Positions 1 through 13,066 of a stretch of DNA of 64,000 nt are shown in pieces. Below the pieces are notes generated by a model. That model was given only the letters and a program-made list of their open reading frames with translations. It ran no database searches and had not been told where the DNA came from. A program made the translations under genes and the position numbers. The stretch is taken from positions 26,290,001 through 26,354,000 of the forward strand of contig CM119371.1 of NCBI GenBank assembly GCA_051294905.1, in the 5' to 3' direction. This DNA comes from Botryllus schlosseri (Eukaryota). Position 1 is the first letter of the stretch; every line of letters starts with the position of its first letter.

Positions 1-379
1 CTAAATTTTTAAAATTGTTGATAACCTTATTTTTATTTTATTTTTTAATTTGAGAAAGCATGAGGAAGTTTCGCACCACAACTGCTAAAACCTCTTGACT
101 CATATCATGATAATAATCGTCTGACATGAACTATCGTAGAGTGGAAATTCATTTTCGTTGCCAATTTTCCAATAACCTGCTGATACAAACATATTGCTGT
201 TTAGAGACGTTTTGTAGGGGTCTGTGGAAAAAATAAAAGTATGGAGATAGTACCGTTAATCAGGATGACGTCGCAATGTCTGCGAAACCTTCTCGATTTG
301 CAGTTGTCAGTCTCGTCAAATTAGTGAACAGTCGTTTGAAATGAAAATTTCCGAAGTGTTTCCCTAATTTGTCCCAATG

Positions 380-974
380 CTGGGATTGAAACCTCGCTAC
401 GCGAAATCCATTTGATCCTGTGATATACATAACCACTATTTGAACAGTTTCTTGGAGGTACAGAACTTCAATATACAATTGAGTAGTATATTCAATATTC
501 ATATTGAAATGACAAGACTTTTGTCGGCTGACACTCGTCATAAATTGGACAATGATATACCTGCTCTCAAAGCTCGCGGCTATCAATCAGATTTGGCGCA
601 TTCTTATTGCGGATGCCCTATCGACAAGGCTGTTTTTTGATGAACAAGGAGTGTTTCGTTGCTATCTAGGCATTACGCTCCAACCCCGAGATTCCTATCA
701 CCAGTTATATTGGTATGCAGCCTTGTCTCGTTAATGTTCAATTGTTCATGGTCGAAAATGTTTGCTCGTCAATATATACGTAAACCCGAACAGAACAAGT
801 CGTTTCATAACAGTCTTTCTAAGGTTGGAAAACTTGGATCCATTCTTTGGCGAATAAAATTTGTCTATACTTTTAGATTAGGATTTCACTTTGACGGTAG
901 AAACTCTCTGCGAGCCGATCAAAATGCCGTCGCGGGCCGAATCCGGCCCGTGGTCCGTATGTTGTCCGTCCCTG
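380..974 (+). mobile_element. Right end of a decayed Charlie/Buster-type hAT element with hATC-domain remnants
   Basis: Terminus GCGGGCCGAATCCGGCCCGTGGTCCGTATGTTGTCCGTCCCTG ends at 974. Upstream frames give RNPF and YLLSKLA...EQGVF...LGI, resembling the hAT C-terminus. Left end not seen. Confidence 0.45.
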
Positions 975-2765
975 CGCTAGATGCTGGGGGTGATATGTTC
1001 ATAAAATATATGTTTCCCCATTTTGGTGCCATAAATGTTGCGATTACACCAAAAGTATCGTCGGAAGCGTTATGCGGTAATATTGAATTAGCCTCCATGT
1101 ACATTTGCGGAAATGGTTTTCGTCACTCCTCGTTCATATCAAAACGAAGACGCGGATTTCCAAGACACGACCGCGTACTTCAAGAAATACAGCAGCAAAA
1201 GTAGCTTCGAAGTATTAAAGTCTCCCAATTTCTACATAAATAGTATGATGTTATTTTTAAGAAAAATCATTTATTTTGCCCTTTATCACAAGCCTCCAGT
1301 TCATATCTGCACAAAACAGATGAAGGTTGCACCATAATAGAGCTAAAATTGAACTAAAACTTGAGGGGGTCCGCGAGGGTCCGTAGCGGTCAAAAGGGGT
1401 CCGCGAAGCCAAAAAGGTTGAAAACCATTGGCTTAGGTGTTTGATTGCAAAATTACGTTTCAAGTGATTGTTCTATTTTTCAATTCCTACTTATTTTTCT
1501 TGAAATGAATTATCGCTCAAATACATTTTCTTGGCCAAATTCTGAAGTAAATGCTAGCTTTTACAATAAAAATGGAAGAGCCGTATTCACCATTGTTAGT
1601 GCGGAAATGATCGTGACCTATGCTTCCGTGATCAATTATCAAGCTTGCGCACCCCTGACCTATAGCATATATATAAGATAGAATAAAATGGGTATTGTTA
1701 TTGAGGCAGATTGACATGAAATCATAGTCTTCTTATAATTGATGTGCGAAACATTGATATCACAGTCCCAACCCAACCCATTCACCAAAATTTGTGTACA
1801 TAATACAGGTATACCTCCACAGTATACAATTTCACTTGTAAATGGTGCGTTACGACGTTAACATACCACAGGCCAATATTACACAGTTTCTTTGTCATTA
1901 GGTCATCATTTTGTTGTATAAATAATTGGTCAGAATAAATTGCTTGATTATTCTTCGGTGGGTTATCGCCACATGGTTTCTAATATTTTTAATTCAGGTG
2001 AAAAATCCCACACAAGGATACCATTAGATAAGAAAATGTGTTTTTCGTATAGCATAATTAACGAATCCCCTTGGCCTTCACGTAAGAAATGAGGGTAATC
2101 TCCTTTTGATAAAAAGTCACAAACAAAACAGTCTAGGTTCACCCAAGTTTTCTTTGAACCCCAAACAACATAGATTCTCTGTCACAGACTTCATCAACTC
2201 GCGCAAATGTGATGAAAGCTTCTGCCAGCATGAGGTTCTAAAAACGAATTCGAAGATTGTATTATCATGGGAACTGTTCTAAGACTTCCATCACATAGTA
2301 TCATCGTTCCTCATTTTCCCTGGGTATACGAATGAGTCTACAATTTAAATATGATGCTTTCTGTCAGATATAAAATATGACGTCTGTGCTTGCCATTGTT
2401 TGAAGTTTAAACAAAAGCCAGCAAGAGTTAGTCTGTTGTAAACGACTCCTATATAGGCACTGATATTTGAGGTGAGGCTATAAATATAAAAGACGGAAAG
2501 TCCCAAAGCAAATACTCCGCAAATACAAACAGCACGTTGCAAAAGCTGCGGCATTCATTTCGAGGAGGTATCGACTACAGGGCGGGTGTACTTTGTTCCG
2601 TAAATAACATAGCACTTGCAAAAAGACCGAAAACAATCAACTAGATACAAAGTCTATGTAGACTGCTCTGAACCCCATGTTAGTTCTGATATTCCACGTG
2701 AATGGGTTTGTGAGATTGCAAGCAGCAATTCGCATTTTCAATCAACTTATTTGAAAGTGATAGGA

Positions 2766-3537
2766 CAGGGGTGGCCCACCTTTTTGCCATTCACGGCCGC
2801 ATTTCGATTTTATTCATGTAGCCGACGGCCACATTCCAGCGCATAGTTTAATGAAGTAGCTGGACGCCAATTACCCGTATTAAAATGTCTATGTCCATTT
2901 ACGGCGAACTCTGGACTAATCTATTTATTGATATAGGCTTACTCCACGCCCTAAAATCGTGAGTGGTCAGTAGTCATGTCGTCGGAACGCTAATAATCGC
3001 GTAAAGCGCGAAAATTTTTCAAATTCACTAATGAATTTCGTCATTAATATTAGTAGTTTTCATCCTTTCTCAGCCCATGTGATCAGATTCACCGGTAGAT
3101 TTGATGGATGGGGTGTTTTCGAAAATTTAAGGTATTAATGATCATGTATCGTAGGGTGGGCCAATTGTTATTAGTGACTTAGTTGCATGTTGTTATTTCT
3201 TGACCACCCATCAGGATTGCTAGTATAGTGAGATGCACACGATTTCAAGTTGGTATTTTTTAGATTAGGCGAATGATTTTCTTTGCTGTTTGCATCTGCA
3301 CTGTGGGGCTTTGATTGCAAAGGGTGCTACTATATTAAAATCGTAACAAAGTTCATTCAATCGTGCGCAGCGCGAAGCAATTTTCAAGATTAATTGAAAT
3401 CTCTCAATAAATCGGGATTCAACTCAATGCGTAAATTCAAATAGCAGGTCGACGGCCACCATTTCATTCTAATTGAATTACGTGATCACGGCCGCAAAAA
3501 AATTTCCTTCCACGGCCGCAGGTTGCCCCCCCCCCTA
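2766..3537. mobile_element. Non-autonomous hAT (Charlie-like) element
   Basis: CAGGGGTGGCCCACC ... GGTTGCCCCCCCCCCTA ends, CGGCCGC subterminal motifs, degenerate TSD TGATAGGA/CGATAGGC. An inverted copy of its left end is at ~32150-32197. Confidence 0.6.
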
Positions 3538-3778
3538 CGATAGGCCATACGGACAATATCAACGTCAATTTACAGTGTCCGGTGTGAACTAAACCAAAAT
3601 CGATAGTCTTCAGCTTTATACGTCATCCAATTACACAGGCCTAATGGTGATGCAGTCGCATCGGTATATATCGCAACATCATTGGCATTTCAAAACTAGA
3701 CCCCATGCACGCGCTGCCGAAGAGTAAGTTAGAACTGAGCTGAGCAACCCTGGTATAGATGTACCGCACTCACATATG

Positions 3779-4219
3779 TAGGGCTACCATATTTGGAATC
3801 GGGAAAGTAGGACACTTTTTCAAAATTTTCAAACTTAGAATATCGAAGGGAAATCCTGAAAAAATGGTAATTTTTTTCCCACTTGGAGGTCGGCTAACTA
3901 AACAAAAAACAAAAAATAGAAAAAACGTTCCCGATTTCCCTCTCAGCGGCCAAAATACAGTTTTTCCCCCACATTATGAGGTGGTTGACTAAAAAAAGGT
4001 CAACTTTCCGGCTCAGCTCCCGAAATACCCGCCGGAGCGTTAGTTCAGTGCTGTTTTAAGGTATCTCAGTCGAATTTTGCCCTATGTGTAGCCACAATTC
4101 TAAAAAAAGAAGAAAAAATCTCAAAAAAGAGGACATATAGGCGCGTCTTCGGGGGACATTTTCAAAATCCCGAAAAAAAGAGGACAAATCCTCCTAAAAG
4201 AGGACGTATGGTAACCCTA
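3779..4219. mobile_element. hAT-type MITE (TAGGG(C/T)TACCAT ends, AGAGGACA subterminal repeats); second copy at ~11390-11811
   Basis: TAGGGCTACCATA ... TATGGTAACCCTA. The internal sequence aligns with 11400-11810. No clear TSD. Confidence 0.65.
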
Positions 4220-6757
4220 GTATAGTGGGATTTTAGTTTCGTATATGTTGTCAATTTAAATTAAATTACGTAGATCGGCACGGCAGTTTATTAATCTATG
4301 ATTCAATTCGTGATCGTGTCCCACAGCTGCCATATTTCCAATTGTTATTCAAACGCTTCGACGAGTAAGTTCCCAGCTTTACTGACATTCTAAAACTTAC
4401 TCTCGTTCTTGGGTTGCAATTGGACTAAAGAGTGTTAGATTTGTCTGATGTCAAATTTGATTTTAAACCTCGTTATAGGCCAGAGGTGACCAACACGCGT
4501 CGCGCGAGACCACTATGGACCGTCAGGTCATATTCTGCGGCCCATGGCTGGGTTGAGAGTTCGAAAAAAATATGCGATATTGTTGCTGTAAATGCTCGGA
4601 ATACTTCCGTTTTGCCAACGCGAACAAGATCGAAGTAATATCATCTCATAAGCTAGTCCGGATAAGTTTCACTGTAACATACTAAAATAGCAACGGATGC
4701 CTTGACTTGACGTGACAGTGGGTCATAAGACGTAAACACTGACCAAGCTGCCACTAAAACGATGTGTTATTTTCTCTTATTAGCTGATCAGTTTTTTATT
4801 ATATGATGCGTAATGCTGTAAAATACTCGTTTAGTCCCTAAGTTACACTACATCAATGATATAGTATCCATGAAAAACGTGTGTACCGACGAATACAGGT
4901 TTTTGTCTTTTTTCTCCGAGTGCAACGACCAAACCCATTGTATTATCTGCTTAGCAACTCTTGTTTTCAGTAAGAAATAAAGTGTTTGTCAGCAGTACAC
5001 AATGGGAGTTTCCAAAATCTTCAGGGAAGAAGCATGAAGTGTGGTCCCAGGAAATGTTTGACTAGGCCACGAAAGTTTCCCGGTAATCTCAGCAAAGTCA
5101 AATAATGAATGCAAATAAATCTGCCTTACGCTCTCCGTCGGTAGACGAACATTTGAAAACAATCTCAGAATAATCTCCCTCAAATATGACCCTGTAATAT
5201 ACACTCCTTATAATTGATACTGAGCATTTACATACATTATGTGTGGCTTATAACTCTAGTGCTCATCACATTACCCGATTCACATTTATTCAATATATTG
5301 AGTAAATAGCTTTATCGTCCTCCTTTGTGGAAATCCGCCCTTCTTATAGCTTTGACAGCCAGGGTAATGGACATAAATGACGCGAAATCTACAATGCGGA
5401 CGTTCGAGCGAGTCATTCGGAAGTAGGACTGGAAAATAATGACTTTTCTTCTGTCAACAATACATCAATATCATAAAAAGTGGGTAATCCGGGGGTCGAG
5501 TCGGAAAGAAAACCTTCTTCATTTTTTTATCCACCGCCATATCAGTATAGGTAAAAAGTGGGTAAATCGCGAGTCGGGTCGGACATATGACCTTTTCGCT
5601 TTGTTTTAGTCAACACAGCAAGAATTGTATAGTACAAAAGTTTTGAATCAGCTGTTTTCTAGTTCGCTAATGTGACTCTGACTGTCATGATTCGTAAAAT
5701 GTGTCTTCCTTTCCGGTTTCCAAAATATGGTAACCCTATAATAGTCTTATTCGGGACGGGCAACATACGGCCCGCAGGCCGGATCCTTCCCGGGAGGTGA
5801 ATTTGAGCGGCCCGCAAAGAGTTTCGGGTCATACATGATAACGTGGCCTGTGGCCACACTCTGCAGAAATCCAACAATACTCGCTTATTACGTCAAATGA
5901 TATTGACAGTAGGTTATTCTTCAGCGTGTGTGTGTGTGTGTTGAGTAAAGTACGAGAGTGGATCTTACGTGTAAGTTCTTCAACACGAAAAGGATTGCAT
6001 TACCGGCATTTACGCATGTACTCAACCGTAAGGAATTGATATCTTGGTAAATTTGGAGAAATCCCAAGCCCTCGTTCGCATAGAGTACATTATAACGGGG
6101 GTGCGTAACATACGGCCTGCGGTCAATTCCCCGCCACTTGTTGCGTATGTCAAATTGTAGTGACTGTAATTGATTCATTCTTTTTTCCGACACAAACAAT
6201 AGTGATTTTTAGTTAATCTTTAGTTCTTTGTGTGTGACATCCAGCCACAGTTGAAAGAACCTAATCAGAACTTTGATCGACCACATATGTCTCATTGACT
6301 TCAACGGCTATCGCAATACATTACATTATTAAATTCATTGAAAACTGTTTTGTTTCTATGCTTCAAACTTGAAATTTACAACAAATACTAATAACACTGG
6401 TCAACACATATTTTTAGGCAGACAAAGTAAGAGTGGTTTTGGGGGTTCTGAAGGGCACTGATTCCGAATATGACCTTGATTTTTTCAAATTGGCTCTTGT
6501 TGTGGAGACAGCCCATGGGGCTATTTTGACTAAAATCTCCCATTTTCGCGGTATTGACTAGATAAAAAATACGCTTAGTCGTACTATAAAGTTTAAAAAT
6601 TCAATCTACTTGTTATTTTTACACACAGAAGACCATTTTAAATCAAAATACAGCAACAGCACTATATTTAGGGGTAATGGATTTATCATAGTTACTGACT
6701 TTCACGGATATCATGTACATTGTACATAAATAAACTCCAGTCATGTATATAAGTATT

Positions 6758-7863
6758 GGCACTTCTTCGATAGTAGGTAGACATCGAAAAGTGTTCACCA
6801 TGATCACCAATAAATGTTTCCCATGAACACGAAATTTTTTATAAACGTCAAAATAAATTGTTGTTTTTTGAGCCTTTGGAGAGACGGATATTAGGGTTGG
6901 GGTGGGGTATAAGGACTGGGGGAAGGGGGATATTAGGGATGAGGAGCGGGATGTTAGGGTTGGGGGTAAATTAGGGTTGTGGGAGGGGGATATTAGGGTT
7001 GGGGGAAGGGGGATATTAGGGATGAGGAGCGGGATGTTAGGGTTGGGGGAAATTAGGGTTGTGGGAGGGGAGATATTAGGGTTGGGGGAAAGAGGGATAT
7101 TAGAGTTGGAGGAATGGGAGATTGGAGGTGGGTTAGGGTCAAAGTTGGGGTTAGGGTATACCAAGATTAGGGTTGGAGCATATTAGGGTTCGGGTTGGGG
7201 GGAAAGGTGGATTGGAGTTGGGTTAGGGTATCCCAAGATTAGGGTTGTGGGATATTTGGGCTAGGGAAGGGGGGTATTAGGGTTGGGGGAAAGGGTTATT
7301 GGAGGTGGGTTAGGGTATCCACAGATTACAGTTGGGGGAGAGGAGGATATTAGAGTTGGGGTGAGGGACATGATATCCAACCCACTTTGACCCTAACCCA
7401 CCTCCAATCCCCCTTTCCCCCAACCCTAATATTCCCCTTTCCCCAACCTTAATCTTGGGATACCCTACCCCAACTTTGACCCTAACCCACCTCCAATCCC
7501 CCTTTCTCCCAACCCTAATACCCCACCTTCCCTAACCCTAATCTTGGGATACTCCAACCCCAATTTTGACAATAACCCACCTCCAATCCCCCTTTCCTCA
7601 AACCTTAATATCCCCCCCTCAAGCCTAATATCCCTCCTCCCATAACCCTAATTTCCCCCAAGCCTAACATCCCATCCTAAGCCCTATCCCTCTTTCCCCA
7701 ACCCGTATACCCGCCAACCCAACCCTCATATCCGTCTCTCCAAAGACACATAACACAACCACTCATTTTGACGTTTATAAGTTTTTATTCGTGTTCATGG
7801 GAAACATTTATTGGTCATCATGGTGAACACTTTTCGATGTCTACCTACTATCGAAGAAGTGCC
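6758..7863. mobile_element. Foldback/MITE with ~550-bp inverted arms built from degenerate TTAGGG-containing G-rich repeats (Merlin-like termini)
   Basis: Near-perfect outer IR GGCACTTCTTCGATAGTAGGTAGACATCGAAAAGTGTTCACCATGA; perfect 8-bp TSD TAAGTATT (6750-6757, 7864-7871); G-rich left arm, C-rich right arm, axis at ~7370. Confidence 0.88.
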
Positions 7864-7984
7864 TAAGTATTTACCTACATACTCAAATAACGTGGCATTA
7901 ATTCCATCAGTTTTTCGTCAACCACCTATTATGAATTTGAAATAATCAGTTGGAATACAATATCACTGATATATTTTAAATCGA

Positions 7985-8570
7985 ATTGTTTTTTTGTACG
8001 ATTTTCGCCTGTAAGCTATTTAGTGCAGTTTCTCGAAAGGTTCCGGAAATGGTCTGATATAATATGTGCAATGGTTCATCTCATCTGCTCTGGTATCTTT
8101 CGTTTGTTGTTCTGATGTCTTAGTAGAACCTCTTCCCTTGCTAATCAACAAAATGATAAGGAAATATATCAAGATGACTGAACAGGAAGTGAGCTTTTAT
8201 GCTCATTGCTCATGTTTGTGCTCAAGTGTTCGATATGCAGATACGAATTTTCGGACCAACTATTTGTAGTTGGGTGCTTTGTGACCATCTAAAAAGTTTT
8301 ATTTACTACATCTTAGGATAAATTACATGCTGTGAACTCCTTCCTAATAATGTGAAATTGGAATCTTTCATCGGTATGCGAATATACCAGACACCAGATT
8401 TAAGCTTCCCGTTTGATAGGGCTACTAGGTATACCACTTTGTTAAATCAGTGGAAAATTATCCATTTACCAGTCAAAAGAAATGAGACACATATGAGTAT
8501 GGTAGTCAAGCCTTTCAAGGACAAATTTTATGGTTTTATAGTCCTCTTTAATCTTGGTAGAATGACCAAT
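7985..8570 (-). pseudogene. Chapaev3-type transposase pseudogene fragments
   Basis: Frameshifted - strand peptides GHSTKIKEDYKTIKFVLERLDYHTHMCLISFDW, MSIKAHFLFSHLDIFP...QGKRFY*DIRTTNERYQSR and YRRKSYKK match the recalled Chapaev3 motifs (HS..LKE.Y..; MSIKVHFLHSHLD.FP...EQGERFHQDI...E.RYQGR). Confidence 0.75.
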
Positions 8571-8796
8571 TGATACAGGAGAATATGAATTTCCGTTGTG
8601 CAAAAGTACAATTTTTAGGCTTGACAAATTGCTTTTTTGACAAACAAATATTTCGCATCATGCCATGTTAGTATTGATAGAATGACTGAGAATGACATGA
8701 GGGTTCTTCATAGTCAATTGGCCATTTATGGGCAGTATAAAATGAGAAAAAACTACGATTTTCTTCCTACCAATTGAAATATTTGAGGGTAAATAC

Positions 8797-10742
8797 TAGG
8801 GATGGTGTGAACCTCTGAAAGGTTCTGGTTCGTGTGAACGCTAACCTTTTTGAAAGGTTCTGTGTGAACACGAACGTGAACCTCGTGACGTCATATTGAT
8901 AATTCCAACCCTACATTTCCGTGAAGTGGTAGCCTATATTGACGTACACCAGGGGCGGGCAACTTCTCGAGTCGGCGGGCCGGATATAGGAAATTAAGTA
9001 CTTGGCGGGCCGGATTGCTGAATCGATAAAATATTCGCCCATTTATCCACATTCCACATATACAAGGAATAAATCGCATTTAATGAACAGATTTTAACGA
9101 CAGTAATGTCACTTCAAAGCCATTTATCGCCGATAATGACGAAGACAATGTGGATTTGAGAACAGCATTACACGGGCGCCGCCATGTCTGCTTCTATCTG
9201 ATCAATCAACACACGGTGACATCCTCAATTAAGATTTCAAGGAGTTCGATAACCCCGGTACCCCTAATTTACCAACACATATATTCGTTAGGGTTGAGTA
9301 AGTGACGAGATAGCATCGTTGCTCAGCTGTGTGGCCTGAGAAATCTCGGTAATAAATTCATGCGGTCCGCGACCTCTACGAAATTTGAAAAGTGGCCCGC
9401 GACCCGTTTTGAGTTGGCGACCCCTGGTATAAGCAGTGTTTTCGTCTTACAAAAGCCTAGAAGTGTGCCGTGCTACAAGTCGGCGGTTACAGAATGAAAA
9501 ATAAGAAATATCAGCCTGGTTTAATTGACCATTGTAGTCGACAAACACCATGATTACCACAAACGACATTAGGGTTGAGTACATCGCAAATGCCGATAAT
9601 GCAAGTCTTCTCGCTTCGACGAAATTACGCGTAAGCTCCACTCTAGCACGCTGCGCAGATACGTATATAATAACATGCACTATGCAGTCACTAAAATTTG
9701 ACGTTGTAAGCAAGTAGTGGGAAATCTCGGCAGACTAGGGCCGCGGGCCACATTATCATGTAAAACGGAAAACTGTCCGCGGGCCGGACAAAATCCCTTC
9801 GCGGGCCGGATCCGGCCCGCGGGCCGTATGTTGCCCACCCCTGACGTACACGATACCTAGCGACGACTCGGGCCACATAATTCCACATTGCTGAAATACA
9901 TTTTGACGTTTTAAACTTCGCTAAATGTATCAACCGGGGCAATCAAATGATATAATAACCCCATAAAACCATATCTTCCGTCGCTTTGCCAACAATTTCG
10001 ACGAAGACTTGCAAGGGAATATAAGCTTACGCCTTAACTGTCAAGGCCAGACCGGTGAATATATTCGGCGTCTGAGTATTGCTACGTTGATATTGAGCAG
10101 AGTGTAAAATGGGTTTCTATACTTGCTACCGATATTACCCCAATAACAATTTGTACAGCAGTAGTCAACACCCCAGTCGCACGGATTTGGTTTTTATGAT
10201 ACAATGAGCCAGGGATATATAGAAGAGTTCTATATGGAAGAGTTCTATATATCCCTGCAATGAACATATGAAAATTGACATTGTACTCTTTCTGGATGTT
10301 TTTATTTACATCAGATAACGATATCAAGTTCATTGTTTGGTTGAATAAGCATCATTCACTGACTACATGTATAGCGTATTTGCTCTTGATGTTGTGTGAT
10401 TGCGGTTCAAGCTCAAAGCAGAGAGTCACTAAATATTCACAAACGGAAAGCTGGATATTTCGAGCAAACATTTGTAACAAAGCTAGTAAAATTTTTGAGA
10501 TTGTCAAGGTGTATGGTCGTTTAGAGTTTATTTTTTATGCTGCCAGCGCCATGCATAGAGTCGCCCGCAATTGAAATGCAGCAACTTTCAATCAAAGATA
10601 GTATATTGAAGGGAATATTGTAATATAAGAAAAAGGCTCACAGTGCAGAACTTACCAAGGTTCGTTTGTGAACGTGAACCTCTAAATTTCTGAGGTTCAC
10701 ACACAGAACGCGAACGTGAACCTCACGTTCACACCATCCCTA
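8797..10742. mobile_element. Non-autonomous hAT (Ac-type) element inside the Chapaev3
   Basis: Perfect TIR TAGGGATGGTGTGAAC / GTTCACACCATCCCTA; perfect TSD GTAAATAC (8789-8796, 10743-10750); GTGAAC subterminal repeats. Confidence 0.92.
8950..9843. mobile_element. Non-autonomous hAT (Charlie-type) element nested in the 8797-10742 element
   Basis: CAGGGGCGGGCAAC / GTTGCCCACCCCTG; perfect TSD ACGTACAC (8942-8949, 9844-9851). A separate inverted copy of its left end is at 10918-11020. Confidence 0.9.
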
Positions 10743-11037
10743 GTAAATACAGTAATTTTGGGCTTTTTTAGGGGTATAAATATCTTTTGACAGAGAGCCA
10801 ATCTGACAAAACTAATGTGATATTCGTAATCAGCAACCTCAAAAACCCCGGAAACGGCTCTCAGATGTTCTGCCTAAAAAAAAATTTTCATTTTGTTGAC
10901 CAGTGTAATCATTGTATAGGTGGATAAATACGCGTTTAATGTATCGATTCAGGAATCCGGCCCGGAAGGAACATCATTTCCCATATCCGGCCCGCCGATT
11001 GGAGAAGTTGCCCGCCCCTGGCTCGTATATGTTACGA

Positions 11038-12377
11038 GAGTGGTTCTCAACCTTCTCGACATTCCGGCACTCTTTCACAGGGAAAAATTGTTCGCGCCGC
11101 CCCATAGCACTTCGAGTACCATTATAGGGTGATTATAGCGTATTGGTACGTTGCACCGCTGCCACACAAATGGGACGCGTGTTCGAGTCCAGAATTCGGG
11201 CGAAAGTGGGCGTAGCTATAAGTTGGCCTCTCAGGAATCAAGATAAGCAATATCGGCATAGTTTGAAACGACCAGCGATGTCGAAGATTTGGCAAGATGA
11301 TGACTATAAAAAGAACAAAAAAACGTCATCAACCTGTGTCATGTCACTGTTCAGTGTTCAGCCATCTGTTCAGATGGATGTGACTAGACAAAGTAAAGTT
11401 ACAATATTTTGAAAATCTGAAAAGAGGACACTTTTTCAAAATTGTCAGACTTGCAAAACAGGGGGAAAATCCTGAAAAATTGGTAAATTTATCCCACTTT
11501 GTGGTCGACTGACTAGAAAAAAGTAAATTTTCGGGCTCAGCTCCAGAAATACATTTTTTTTATCACTTTCTTCGCTGGTTGACTAAAAAAAGGTCAACTT
11601 ACCGGCCCAGCTCCCGACATACCCGCCCTAGCCTACTTCAGTGTTGATATACTGTATATAAGTCGAGTTTTGCCCTATATTAAGCCAAAATTCTCAAAAA
11701 AGAGGACAAAATCTCGCAAAAAAGAGGACATTTGGGCGTCCTCCGAGGACACATTCAATAAAGTCAAGAAAGAGGACAAATCCTCCTAAAAGAGGACGTA
11801 CTGTAACCCCAAGATAACGGTGAACATTTTCGCCCACACCTGATCCCAATTGCCTGAGCGATGACCTTTTGTTTAGTCATAATCGTCCTGAATGCTTCCA
11901 TATGTGGGCGAATAGGAGTATCGCCGCCATTGACGGTAGAGCCCCCGGCTTGATTCGTGGCAGGAGCAAGCTCCGAAGATTCTCTTCCCTACGTCGCTGT
12001 GCTCAGTGCGTCGTTACAATATAAATCCCATAGAAAGACCCGATCAAGGAACAATCGAAGAGAAAGAATGGAAATAGCGAGGAAGCCTAAAAAAATATAA
12101 AGATCGAAAACTGATATTAGGCGAAGGGGATTTCAGATTGAAAGACCGTAACTGGTTGTATCGACATCATTGTGCCTGTTCACTGCATCGCTTTGTACCT
12201 CGTGCGTCTGGCTTGGGTAAAAATAATAGAACAACCGATTACGGTACGCCACACACATAATTTGGATTCCTTAATTTTTGTTCTGCGTCGATCTCGTGTA
12301 CCACATTTGCTCGCGGCACCCCTGAGCAGTCCAATAGGCACACTCGTGTGCCGCGGTACACCGGTCGAGAACCACTG
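11038..12377. mobile_element. Non-autonomous hAT (Buster/Charlie-type) element
   Basis: GAGTGGTTCTCAACC / GGTCGAGAACCACTG; perfect TSD TGTTACGA (11030-11037, 12378-12385). Contains a copy of the 3779-4219 MITE. Confidence 0.85.
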
Positions 12378-13066
12378 TGTTACGACATCGCGTATTATGT
12401 TTCCTGAGAGGATCAAAAAGATATAACCGCGCGATTGTATGGTATTGTTTGCAAACGTCGTCCGCTACCAGCTGAAGCGAAACAATTGGAACTAGACGGG
12501 GGAAGCACCTGCGAAGGTATACAACACAATTACACAGTCACACCCGCGCCACGCCGTTAACTCTACAGAATAAAGTGCGATGTAAGTCTCAAAGCATTCG
12601 CAATCATTGAGCTGAATCAGAGTACGGAGCCACGCCAGAGTGGCTACATTTTGAGGCAGGACTAAATACTTACCAAATACTATTGTGGTAAATTCAATCA
12701 GTTGTGCAGCTATACAGTAACGCTATGTGTGTGCTTGTGCATTGTGCATTGAATGATAGATTGTACGATATGAAATTTTGCATTAATAGCATAACAGAAA
12801 TAGAACCCACATATCATTACAGCCAAACCCCTGTCGAACTTATTTTCCAGGCTACTCAAAAGCAGCCATAATCGTGAAAATGTTCATAACGAATGTGTTG
12901 AATAGTATTAAGATTATTACGAGCAAGATTAATTCTCGGATTGCACTACACTCTACCTACAGTTAACGCGCACTTATAGTGCTTTCCCGAAGCAAACGTT
13001 CTTTTCTATACCATATCATTTTCATTGCAGCATGCTTATAAGTTGTAACTAGTGCAAACCATAGTG

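Larger units (their letters stand above)
6395..10905 (-). mobile_element. Decayed Chapaev3-type DNA transposon hosting nested insertions
   Basis: TIRs CACTGGTCAACA / TGTTGACCAGTG, 3-bp TSD TAA (6392-6394, 10906-10908), transposase remnants on - strand. Confidence 0.8.

Noticed and set aside
659..1204. 181-aa ORF and the many other 60-150-aa ORFs in the track
   Set aside because: No recognisable domains; many use non-ATG starts and cross TE termini, consistent with chance ORFs.
2050..2350. Possible LINE ORF2 C-terminal remnant on - strand (CWQKLSSHLRELMK...LCCLGF)
   Set aside because: Too short and degenerate to support without a database search.
6643..7186. Pro-rich (173 aa) and Gly-rich (94 aa) ORFs
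   Set aside because: Translations of the G/C-rich arms of the foldback element, not genes.
6890..7740. Head-to-head telomere fusion site
   Set aside because: Repeats are degenerate and enclosed by unique TIRs and an 8-bp TSD, which indicates a transposon.
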